Origin: Antedon mediterranea
Lineage: Eukaryota; Animalia; Echinodermata
NCBI RefSeq assembly: GCF_964355755.1
Contig: NC_092671.1
Coordinates: 10,416,001-10,480,000, forward strand
Direction of reading: 5' to 3'
Length of the DNA stretch: 64,000 nt
This document shows, piece by piece, positions 13,280 to 31,456 of the stretch (position 1 is its first letter; the number at the start of each line of letters is the position of its first letter). The translations under genes were made by a program, and so were the position numbers. Under the pieces are notes generated by a model. The model had not been told where the DNA came from, did not search any database, and saw nothing but the letters and a program-made list of their open reading frames with translations.

Positions 13280-13700
13280 AGCAGCGGCGAGACTGTCTTT
13301 CTGTTCCTGTCTGTCCAGTAATAGTAACAGATTACTCTCTCCTGGCAAGTGGTAACCGTTTATTTAGACTGTTTCTGAGCAGTAGTAAAATTTTTCTTCC
13401 TATCCTGCTCTGATAGTAACCGTTTCTTTAGATTGCTCTCTGTCTGTCCAGTAAGTAACTGTTTATTCAGACTATTTCTGAGCAGTAGCAAGATTTTTCT
13501 TTCTATCTTGCTCTGATAGTAACCGTTTCTTTAGAGGCCTATATTGCTTCTGTTCCTGCCAAAGGGAAACTGTTTTTGTTCCTGTCAAATAGTAATTACG
13601 TTTATTTACAGTAGACTGTTTTTGTTCCTGTCCTGTAAGTAACCGTTTAATTAGACTGTTTTTGTCCCTTTCCAGTAGTAACCGTTTCTTTAGATTGTTT
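13280..13700 (-). repeat. Degenerate repeat array, about 35-40-bp units, spanning the GPCR4 C-tail and 3' UTR
   Basis: Recurrent GTAACCGTTT(C/A)TTTAGA(C/T)TG..TTCCTGTC units. The first units encode SKETVTTGKGQKQS. Confidence 0.7.
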
Positions 13701-14603
13701 CAGTTGTTTGCACATAAGCAACCGTTTCTTTGCACATTTTCTAAGATCTGTAAATCGCCATCCATATACCAAAGGGTTTATCACGGCATACAGCGCTGTC
13801 AAATTAAATCCGATGGCGTATATGTCAACATAATATTCTTTTGTGCAACTAAATTGATAATGTAAGTCTAACAGTGTGGTTATATTAATTGGTACCCAAC
13901 ACAATGCGTATGAAAAGAGGATAATTGTGAACGTTTTTAGAAGTTTCGTAGATGTATTTTTTTCATTTGTATTAGATCCTCTGGATATATGTCCTTCCAT
14001 TTTCTTCTCATGTCTATTGACACTTCTGTATATTATAAAGTATATAATGTGAAGAATATATATTAAAACCACGTTGTATATAGTGAGTATAATTTCCAAT
14101 ATATACGACTGATTGAAGATATACACTGATATTGTAGTTAAAAACGAAAAGAACCAGATAACTGCTGAAATAGCAAAGAGTCTTTTAGCAGAATTCACAT
14201 TTGGATTAAATGGAAACAAAACGATAACCACGAGCCTCTCAACTGCTATAGCTAGCAATGTGAAAAGTGACACAATTGCAGATGATATTCCAATAGATGC
14301 AATTAATTTCCCGGATGTAGGTGAAGTGTTTTGAATAGTAACTGAAATAAAAAAGAAAACAGCAAACAGTCCATCTGAGAGAGCCAAAGAACAAGTAAAT
14401 ATGTGACTTCGCTTATGTAGTTCCTTTTCAACAATGAACTGTAGGATCACAAACACATTTAACAACAATGCGATCATGCACGTTATTTGAAAAAGCACTT
14501 TGTTGATATGATATCTATCTGTTTCAATTATTTTGTAGTAATATATTTGGAATACCGACAGATTACACACAAATTGTTCTGGATCTGTTTCGTTGCTTTC
14601 CAT
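13647..14603 (-). CDS. Intronless class A GPCR, paralog 4
   Basis: 318 aa ORF with LALSD, ERL, CWVP and NPLVYGWR. Confidence 0.93.
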   Translation of the reverse strand: MESNETDPEQFVCNLSVFQIYYYKIIETDRYHINKVLFQITCMIALLLNVFVILQFIVEKELHKRSHIFTCSLALSDGLFAVFFFISVTIQNTSPTSGKLIASIGISSAIVSLFTLLAIAVERLVVIVLFPFNPNVNSAKRLFAISAVIWFFSFLTTISVYIFNQSYILEIILTIYNVVLIYILHIIYFIIYRSVNRHEKKMEGHISRGSNTNEKNTSTKLLKTFTIILFSYALCWVPINITTLLDLHYQFSCTKEYYVDIYAIGFNLTALYAVINPLVYGWRFTDLRKCAKKRLLMCKQLKQSKETVTTGKGQKQSN

Positions 14604-15191
14604 TGTTTGTATGAATTCCTCAGATTAAAATGTCGATTTGACTAAAATCTTTTAAATCTACTTGACCAGTAGTATAAATCAGTATTAGAAAATCTAATTC
14701 CATTCAAAATAGGTTAAGGTAGGTTGATCCAGGTTTGACTACTGTACGTTTAGTCCAGGCCCGACTACCACTGTGATACTTTAAGGTCATAGCAGTTGGT
14801 ATTATAATGGAAACTGTTGTTAATATAATGGAAGGGAGATGAAAAGAACGAAGCTTATCGCAACACATCCTGTTTTGCTGTTGACAAGGTCATGTTTAAT
14901 CATTGACGTCGAGGCATGATATTTGAACAACATAGGCCTAATGAAAAAAAAAACACAAAATTATTTTGAAAATCTTCATGAAAAACCCGATGGTATTCAA
15001 CTATGTTGTTAATTAATAAGTACATTGTTATTGTTTTCTTTTAATTTATTTTACATTTTACAGATAGTGTTTGTTTCTTTACTAAATCTACAATAAATGT
15101 TATCAACATATATTCGGAATTTATCACAAAAAGAAATCAGCTTTATAATATTTTGTAAAAAAAAGAGAAATATTTGATTACGAGTTTACAT

Positions 15192-16121
15192 TTAGATGAT
15201 TGTACTTGAAGGTTGGCACATGACATTTATTTTTTTGCACAGTAACCGTTTCTTTACACTTTTTCTAATATCTGTATATCGCCATCCGTACACCAAAGGG
15301 TTAATCACGGCATATAACGCTGTTAAGTTAAATATTATGGCGAATACATCTACATAATGTTCTTTTGTGCAACTAAATTGATAATGTAAGTCTAACAGTG
15401 TAGTTATATTAAGTGGTACCCAACACAATGCGTATGAAAAGAGGATAATTGTGAACGTTTTTAGAAGTTTCGTAGATGTATTTCTTTCACTTGTATTAGA
15501 TCCTCTGGATCTATGTCCTTCCATTTTCTTCTCATGTCTATTGACACTTCTATATATCATAAAGTATATAATGTGAAGAAAGTAGATCAAAACCACGTTG
15601 AATATATTGAGTGTAATTTCCAATGCATACACCCGATCAAAGGTATACATTAATATTGTAAATAAAAACGAAAAGAACCAAATGATTGCTGAAATAGTAA
15701 ATAATCTTCGAGCAGAGTTCACATTTGGATTAAATGGAAACAAAACGATAACAACGAGTCTTTCTACTGCTATAGCTAGCAGTGTGAGAAGTGACACAAG
15801 CGAAGCTGATATTGCAATACATGCAATTATTACTGTTGATGTAAGTGAAACGGTTTTAAGAATAAATGCAATAAACAAAAACATGGCAAACAGTCCATCT
15901 GAAAAAGCCAAAGAGCAAGTAAATATGTGACTCCGTTTACGTAGTTCTTTTTCAACAATAAACTGAAGAATCACAAACATATTCAATAGTATTGCGATCA
16001 CACAAAATATTTTAAGAATTATTTTGTTGATTTCATATCTATCTGTTTCTGTTATTTGGTAGATATACATTTCAAATACTGAATAATTACAAATAAATTG
16101 TCCTGTTCCATTGATTTCCAT
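15192..16121 (-). CDS. Intronless class A GPCR, paralog 5
   Basis: ATG at 16121 gives MEINGTGQFICNYS. Motifs LAFSD, ERL, CWVP and NPLVYGWR. Confidence 0.93.
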   Translation of the reverse strand: MEINGTGQFICNYSVFEMYIYQITETDRYEINKIILKIFCVIAILLNMFVILQFIVEKELRKRSHIFTCSLAFSDGLFAMFLFIAFILKTVSLTSTVIIACIAISASLVSLLTLLAIAVERLVVIVLFPFNPNVNSARRLFTISAIIWFFSFLFTILMYTFDRVYALEITLNIFNVVLIYFLHIIYFMIYRSVNRHEKKMEGHRSRGSNTSERNTSTKLLKTFTIILFSYALCWVPLNITTLLDLHYQFSCTKEHYVDVFAIIFNLTALYAVINPLVYGWRYTDIRKSVKKRLLCKKINVMCQPSSTII

Positions 16122-16620
16122 TGTAATATCCAACAGTCAAATCTTGACATGTGTAAATAAACAAATGTTACTGATCGAACAGACACGATATTTCCAACGT
16201 TTAATTGCGAATGCCTATTTGAACTCCACGCTAAACATGCTGATCAAAAGTTTAAAACTTCGTGCTGGTTTCCTTTGAAATTCCAAATGATTGGATTCGA
16301 AAAGTTGTGTTTGTACAGTTAGTAGGCAATCAATATTGTGGTAAACTGTTACTACTAACACTTAGATTTGTTGGCATGTAGAAAATTAGGATATGGATGG
16401 CCATGCCATTCAGTGGCTTATCCTAATATCCCCTTTTGTCTGTTTATAAGGTCAACTTCTGAAACCATTGATGTGAAAATACTTATAAATGCAGGAAATG
16501 ATAACATATTTTCGTTATGAATTTCATGAACTTTTCTTTCCATTTATAATATATCAGAGTATATCACGGAGTAAAAAAAACGTGTCAATCCAACTACTGT
16601 ACCATAATATTATAAGTCTA

Positions 16621-17915
16621 TCTATATATAAATTTACGTAAGGGCAAAATTCGGTAAATCGCGCCTTACTTCTAGAATTTTTACTCGATGGTATATAAAG
16701 TTGGTTCGTACTTTCGGTACTGATTTTAACCACCTGATGTAACCCTGTTTACTAATTAAATTAAGTTAGATAATTAGTTATTGACGATTAAAACGAATTT
16801 AGGTTCAACGATTTGCCCCAAATAGGGGTGTTTTCCGATCGTGGTATACACTGTCTAATGGATGTCCATCTTGAAAAATACCCGCCACAAAAATGCGAGG
16901 AGGCTTCGCATTTTCCTATCTCCTCCTACGAAATTGTTTTTAATAGCTGAAAACCGGTTGAACAGTTCGAGTACAGCATCATAATGTTGAAGACAGGCCG
17001 ATTTTCTTTAAAAAATACTATTTTGATACATTTAATATATGTTTTTACAAATGTATTGATTTGTGATGAATGGAACATTCCAAATTATTTGGTTTAACCA
17101 TACAGGTATAGATTTAGATTTATGGGCCCCCTTGGAGAATAAACATAAATAGTATTGCAATGCTGTACAATACTGTTAAGGTATTAACCACTTTTGATCG
17201 CAATTTGAATCGCAAATTTCTTACTGTGAGTGTTGGTACTGTTAGATGTAATATAAAAATATATACAAATAAACTTTATTACTGTGAGTGTGGGTAGGCC
17301 CTACTGTTAGATTATAAACATATAATATACAAATAAATAAACGTTATTACTGACAGTTGCTTCTCAACGTTTGTATTAATTAATAATTTAAAAATATATA
17401 AACGTCGTAGTGGTGTATCGTTACATGTACTTTACTATTTCAATCGACTATGACAGTGAGAGTTTTAACAAAGTACCGTATTAAATCGTAAATGTTTTAC
17501 TGTATTTAGTGGTATATTATTTATCGGCCTATAAAACATTAAAAACAATATTTCGTTACTGAGTGGATAAGAATATATTTTAAAATGTTTCCTCTTTGTA
17601 CCTATCTTCTTCCCCCATCCCTCAACCCTTAATGTTACATACAAAACACAAATTGGGTTTGTTTAAATGAGTCCAAATAAAAAAATTTGACTCATTTTGT
17701 TTCTCTCTCGGAAGTAATTCTCAGGGTGCTAATTTTGGTTGACTACATAAATCATTGTGTATATTTATTCGTTTCTGTAAACGACAATGTATTATAGTCC
17801 TGCGGTACGTACATTTGAAATCTCCATTTTTTTCTCGCTGGAAATACTGTGTATTCGAGAACCATCTGTGGGCACGACCTAGATGGTACGCGAGCGAAGC
17901 GAGCGTGCCATCTAG
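16621..17915 (+). mobile_element. Non-autonomous Helitron
   Basis: 5' end A|TCTATATATAAAT at 16621. 3' GC-rich hairpin (ACGCGAGCGAAGCGAGCGT) followed by CTAG|T at 17912-17916. Inserted between A and T with no TSD. Confidence 0.7.
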
Positions 17916-18058
17916 TACTTATAATCAACTTTAAAAGTTTTATCAGGTCTCGCATTGGATTGGATAATGACTGTGAGAAGTAGTGGGTCAAAGGTTTCCC
18001 ATCCCTGGCTGTGTGCGGTGATGCGGAACACAACTCGGACAACAAAAAAGAAGGTAGA

Positions 18059-24798
<6,740 letters not shown>

Positions 24799-27396
24799 CT
24801 AAGAATTCTTATTGGATCCAATTTACACTCATTAAGGTACAAACTAGCTGATTCTAATTTATACAGGTTTCTTAATCAATGCATTATAAAGATGGTCATA
24901 ATTGTTTTATGATTTCTGTTGTTTTTTTTAAACTGCACTTGTTGGTTTTTACTGTTTTTAAATTTTTAGTATTGTTAAAAACTCATATTAATTTGTTTTT
25001 CCTATTTTAAAATGTGGATAACTAATTACATACAATCTATTATTTAAATTTAAAAATTAGTTCAGTATAAAAAAGTAACTTACTATTTGTTTGAAAAAGG
25101 TTAATTGTTAGAATAATATAAATATATTTTATTTAGCACAATCTACTTAAAAATACTAAAATAAAAGTAATAATAATAAATTAAAAATATAAAATAAATT
25201 GCATCTACCACCAACGTTTTATGAATATTTGATTATTCTGCAGGCTTGTATTTAAACAGATGTATTGATTAGTTGGTTATTTCATTGCTATTCTCAATAC
25301 TGATCAATATTAGCACCATTAAATTTGACGATAAAGATATATATTTTTTAGCATAATGGCATTTTTTATTGCTTAATTAAAGTGTAGGATTACATGTCTA
25401 TCTATCTATTTTATTAAAACATCCAGAATTTTAATTAAAAATAAAGAGTGGTTAATTTAAATTACAGGGTTATTTAAGTTTATAAAGTATATTGAACCGT
25501 TAAGACCTGATTGTATACAGGTGAGAGAAAGGCCCGGTAATGTTGTCTTCCTAATTAATTATGATAATGATATGCTCCTTATTAGCATATATTTATATAG
25601 GTCGTGACAATCTTTTGTCATTTTAAAAGGAAGTATTATAATTATGGCAAAAATATAATGTATATAAAGAAATTTATTCAGGAAAAAGCAATATATGTAT
25701 ATACAAATTCTTAATAGATAGAGAAGAACTAAATAAAACTAAATTAAAAAAGTAAAAAAGTGAATTTAGTACTGTTTTTATATTCATGCCCAACAACTAC
25801 TAACTAGAAAAAAAAAACTAATCTTATAGGGGGCAGTATTGCTGTAAAACATAACTTTGGAAACTATTCATTAAATACAGTAATAAAATGAACAAAGCTG
25901 AATTTTATTGTATTTTTAGTCAGTAATTTTTATTATTCATATTTCAATTGTGGAATGATTTTTAATAAAATTGAATCGATGCAATGTTCTTTTTGTTGTG
26001 GTACATACTGATATATAATTTGTTTAAGAAAATAAAATTTAAAAGCATCTACTAATAATATTACAATGCATGTAGTTGGTCTTTGCTCACAGAAATAACC
26101 TTCCCTGGACATAATTTCGCTTTAAATTGAATATCCTATAGCTGAAATCTATACTGGGGTATTTGTGTAATTATTTTATGGTTTTATGATACTTATAAAA
26201 AGCCCCATTAAGAACAAGTGGATAATAAACAGTGCCTAAAATGATTGCAAATATCATGATGGTCGATTAAGTAGATACTCAATTAAGAAGATTATCATTT
26301 TATATATTTTTAAGAATGATATTCACGATAACATAATATTTGCTTTATTTTATAAGTAATTGATCATGTATTGTTGTGGTCAATAATATGAGTTCAAATC
26401 TAGTTTGTTTATGTTTGAGTTTGTTCACCATTATTGTTTTATTTTTACTGAGCACCTCCCCTGTGGTCACTTGTTTTATATTGAAATTAGAAAAGACCAA
26501 TGCATTGTTAATATCACTGGTGGTACGGTTGGTAAAACAACAATACACCGATTACAAATTAGTTCCAAGTTTTTATGGAAGTAGGCACTAAAAGACTAAC
26601 CTAAAGGGATTCTCCATCAGTCTTGTAATTTTCTAAATTTTAATCTGCTCTCTTCTTTCGTTTATTATTTTCATCGCCATCCTTTCATCTCTTTTATGTT
26701 TTCAGACAAATTGCCAAAAATAACCATAAATTAATTCATTCACTATCCTTCTTAAAAGTTAAGAATCTAGTTCCAACGATGAACAAGCACAATATACTCT
26801 CACATAAACAAAGTTTCTGAGAGTGGAATTGCTTTTTGGTCATGGGAAAAAATTCTGACATCTATTGGGATTTGAATCAAGATACTGGTATCTTCAATTC
26901 AATTCTATTACTGCGGGTCTGAACTTCTCAGCCTCCTAGATTTCTTTAATTTATTTCCTCTATGCCATATCCCATAGCAGAAAGAAAATAATGTTTACTA
27001 TAGCAACCATATTGAAGTAATTGTGGGATTAATTTATAGTTTTCAACTTCCTCTTTGTACTTTATTAGTATGAATGTTAATGATTTGAAGGAACTACATA
27101 ATTGGTTTTTGCGAAAATGATTAATGAGGTTGTTGACATATTAGTGTACCCAAGTGTTAAAGTTTGGTGTCAACTTTATGGTATAAATTCTAAACAGCGG
27201 CAATTGTTTTATTTCTTTGTTATATGTTTTTTATTTTAAGAATCGAAAAAAATGGCTGGATTTCAATTCATAATACCAAATTAAATGTTATTTTCTTTTT
27301 TTATATACATTTCCACTTAATGATGCTTTTGCAAATTAATCAATTTGGTATGTATTAATACTGTCAATCAAGCAATAATCAATGTATAATGATAAG

Positions 27397-27576
27397 CAGT
27401 GGAACCCCTTTAGAGACTCCCATCCAGGGGATATCCCCATGTTTACACTTCCTGTACAATAAACAATAATAATATGTAATAACACTATTACCAACACATA
27501 TTCAGAGGACACCCCCAGCTATTAATAATGGGACACTTTGTTAGCTCCTGAAGATTTCCCTGTAGGGATTTGACTG
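27397..27576. mobile_element. Decayed Tc1/pogo-like MITE
   Basis: CAGTGGAACCCC ... GGGATTTGACTG|TA ends with internal GGGGACAC-like repeats. Confidence 0.4.
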
Positions 27577-28255
27577 TAGGGCCTATTTTTCTAATTTAGA
27601 CTTGAAGGAATTAAGTTCAATTTTTTTTTAATGATTTTTTGCTTCTATTCAATTATGTTATTATTAACCAAATTTTCCAAGAAGCACTTCACCCTATCGG
27701 TAATACTTCCACTAATACTTCCACTAACTTTGCATTCCAATGTGTACACAATATGAAAAGTCATAAAAATGACAAATATGATGAGTCAATATAAGTTCAT
27801 TGATTACATTAGATGTCATTTAGGCCTTAAAAAGATTTTTAAAAAGGTCAAATTGGGTTATTGAGGGTCATTGAGTTGTGATAGGAATGCACCTCCCAGG
27901 AACTCCGAGAAAGTGATCTCCACTGGGCTGTAATTGGTTGCCTTAGTAACAATAATGGCTGATGCCTGAGAGCAATATTGTTGCTTATTACGTTACTTAT
28001 CAGTTTGAAGTGAGCTCATCCTTCCATGGACAAACAAAGTCTGTCTCCTCTATAGTGGTAAGTTCTTTGTTAATATTTTATCATTTTAATAGTATATCTT
28101 GCCTTTTTAGGCCTAATTTACCGCATATGTTAGCCTCATCATATGACATTGTCTGTGAAAATAGTGACATGATTCATACCTGTGGTAAACATTACTACAT
28201 TTTCCCTCCTTTGCACAGCTATTTGATGCAGTAAACAATAATGAAATCATACAGT

Positions 28256-28445
28256 TTTTATTTTATCCAGATTTGTTGTTTTGTTTGAGATACACTTTTT
28301 AAGAAAAACTATCGTGCGCTTAGTCTAAGTAGTTGTAATAATTTTAGTTAATTTTATTTTATCCACATTTGTTGTTTTGTTTGAGATGCACTTTTTTAAG
28401 AAAAACTATCGTGCGCTCATTAGTCTAAGTAGTTGTAATCATTTT
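28256..28445. repeat. Tandem duplication, about 95 bp x2
   Basis: TTTTATCCA.ATTTGTTGTTTTGTTTGAGAT..AAAACTATCGTGCGCT..TAGTCTAAGTAGTTGTAAT occurs twice. Confidence 0.85.
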
Positions 28446-29490
28446 ATTTTTAAAATCTTACATTTTATTGTGTTTTAATCTTTAATTTTGTATTGTTTGA
28501 TATTTCATTTGCTTTTCAATTCTACACATTTCTTTAACATTTTGAAACATTACCTGTATTTTAAAAATACTAAGTTTTTTCCAACATTTCAATATTCTTT
28601 TCCTGCAATAAGTGTAAAAAAAAACAATGCAATATTAGAATTTCTTCTATGCCTGAAGTGAATTTATATACTATTATTATTATGTAATAATATATGGGCC
28701 AACAGAAACCAATAGAAATACTAGTTTGTCTCCTCTTTCTTTTAAACTAAATCAAATGTATTACCAATTTAATCTCTAAAAAAGGATACACAGAATACTC
28801 TATGTATATATTTAAACACAAAATCTACTTAGGAAAGACATTTTTGTAGACTACTTTGTTAAAATTTATTAATTACAATTCCCTACAACTTATGATTAAG
28901 AGACCAACTCACCTGTATACCGGTAACTACAGGGGGTCCAGTGGGGGCCTGTTTTTTTACCTCCTGGGCTCGTGGATTCGGGGCTAATCATATCATGTGT
29001 CTGAATGTATCAACAATATTGTGTTTAGAAAATAAATATTGCACACACTAAGCAATATAAGGTGTAATTGTAAAAAAGTATCAGTTGCATGGTAAGTACT
29101 GTTCCTACTGGATGGTTGAAGGGCCCGTTTATATGAGCAATAAAACCGTATTTTAACAAAATAAGTCCTAAAATACTAAAAAACAAACCTTATTCCCACT
29201 GTATTCAAAATGGTAAATATATCACTTTACCCATCGGTAAATTTGACCATTCTTCGCAAATTGGATAATTCAATGTGGTAGATTTTTACCACGGTTTTAC
29301 CAAAATGTAACCATGACATGAAAGATCATAAGGTCATGAACTCCTGGGGTCAAGTCATACTGTACATTTGGATTGGACTTTTCAGCAGGACCTATAGTAA
29401 GTTCTACTGGTTATATTCGTTGGTAAAATTAACCTGTTGGTCTTGGTTTAATTCAATACCAGCCTTCAGATTTGACTTCTTAATCAATTC

Positions 29491-30281
29491 TATGGAACGC
29501 CGTTTACGCAACATTTCGATGATATGAATTTTATGACGCGATATGTGAATGAAATGCATCGATATGAATTGAATGGCGTGATATATGAATGAAATGTTTT
29601 GAATTGAATGCTTTGAATTGAATGTTTTGAATGAAATGTTTTGAATGAAATGTTTTGAATTGAATGTTTTGAATGAAATGTTTTGAATGAAATGTTTTGA
29701 ATGAAATGTTTTGAATGAAATGTTTGAATTGAATTGAAAAGTCAAACTATTGGCGGCGTATGTCATTCCCGCTCGCGATTTTTTTTCAACCTCTTAATAG
29801 GCCTAAGCATGGGTACCCTCATCTCCTTTCAACGCTGTCATCAATATGAATCCTTTACAGAGACTCCCTAACAGACCTGAAACATTGGAATACATATTTC
29901 CGAACCCAGGTCTGTTAGGATTCTCTGTAAAGGCAGCGTGGAAGAAAAGAGATGAGGGTACCCAGGCTTAGGCCTAAGAGGTTGAGAAAATAATCGCGAG
30001 CGAGAATGACATACGCCACCAATAGTTTGACTTTTCAATTCAATTCAAACATTTCATTCAAAACATTTCATTCAAAACATTTCATTTAAAACATTTCATT
30101 CAAAACATTTCATTCAAAACATTTCATTCAAAACATTTCATTCAAAATATTCAATTCAAAGCATTCAATTCAAAACATTTCATTCATATATCGCACCATT
30201 TAATTCATATCGATGCATTTCATTCACATATCGCGTCATAAAATTCATATCATCGAAATGTTGCGTAAACGGCGTTCCATA
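29491..30281. mobile_element. Foldback non-autonomous DNA transposon, IS3EU-like
   Basis: Inverted arms of about 380 bp start TATGGAACGCCG and end CGGCGTTCCATA. 6-bp TSD CAATTC at 29485-29490 and 30282-30287. Internal 14-mer TGAATGAAATGTTT arrays and a loop of about 30 bp near 29880-29908. Confidence 0.85.
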
Positions 30282-30309
30282 CAATTCTTTACAACCCAGC
30301 TAGTTTGAC

Positions 30310-30345
30310 CATAGAGATATTATAGTGAACTATAATATCTCTATG
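30310..30345. mobile_element. 36-bp hairpin with 7-bp TSD, P-element-like end remnant
   Basis: GTTTGAC|CATAGAGATATTATAGT-GA-ACTATAATATCTCTATG|GTTTGAC. Confidence 0.75.
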
Positions 30346-31008
30346 GTTTGACCAAATTAAGTCCAGTGTGATGAAGGCTTTAGTTTTAATAGTTCATCTC
30401 CAATTGTTTTATTTACAAATGTGTTATATGTAATACACATTTATAAAAATAATACAATTTGAGATAGCTAATTATTTTAACATTATCTAAAAGATTATTC
30501 AGTCTCTGTGTATCTGCAGTATTTACCAAAACCGATTAACTTTACAACATAATTTGTAATTTAAATTATCTACCTGCTAATTAACTTTTGGTATCCAATA
30601 AAGAATAAATATTTATATTATAATTATGTTCCTATTATTGTAATCAATGGATTGACATTTAACAATATGTTAAAGTAAAAGTACCATCATTTTCCTAGCT
30701 AGCAGTATAATCATTTTTATTGACATACTGTGTCATTTATATCTATAACACTCAACTCATTGTGCGTAGAAATAAAAAGATCAATGGTAAAACATTATAA
30801 CTACTAACAAGAATATTTCTATAAAGTCTCATTATATTTTTGTATATTGTAGAACAACTGTATTATAAACGTTTTTGTTTTGCATAAAATAAATTCATGT
30901 TTTTTTCTTAAAACCATAATTTTTTCAAATATATGTATTTTTTAAATTTTTTATATACATTACATTTTTTAATTGCAATTTCATTATTTTTCAATTTATT
31001 TTTTCAGA

Positions 31009-31456
31009 TTTATGCTGGTGCATCTTTATAAATTGGTTTGTTGTATCATTATGGTTGTATTTTATCCCTAAAGGCTTTATGAAACACAAATTTATCGTGT
31101 CATAGACTCTTTGTTACCTGATCACAAGAAGTATTGGCTTTCAAACGTCTCTGTTTACCCTCTTATTGGTTTCATTGATTTTACTTTGGTCACGCTCTAA
31201 CGATCTAGAAGTAATAAGCACATATCCTTCGAAAAGAGTATTAGCAATAATACAGGTTGTCTATATGCAAGGCTGCTGGAGTGTGTACCCATGTTAGAAG
31301 ACAACTACAAGGCTACAAGTGTGTTTGCTCATGCTTATGAGAAGACTTCAACGCAATCTTGAATATAACGAAGTAGAACACATATCTACCATGGCAACGT
31401 AAAGCTAATGTTTGTGAAAAGCTTGAAATTTTACCTTTGCTTGGAATGTTTACCAG
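31009..31456 (+). other. Candidate 5' non-coding exon of the EML-like gene
   Basis: Strong acceptor TTTTTTCAG and donor CAG|GTAAGT bound a less AT-rich block with no useful ORF. Confidence 0.4.

Noticed and set aside
6253-15930. Recurring plus-strand ORFs opposite the GPCRs (for example 9541-9873, 11853-12185, 15598-15930)
   Set aside because: They are antisense shadows of conserved paralogous codons, often with non-ATG starts.
29404-29766. 120-aa repetitive ORF (NISFKTFNSKHFIQ)
   Set aside because: It is a translation of the 14-bp array inside the foldback element.
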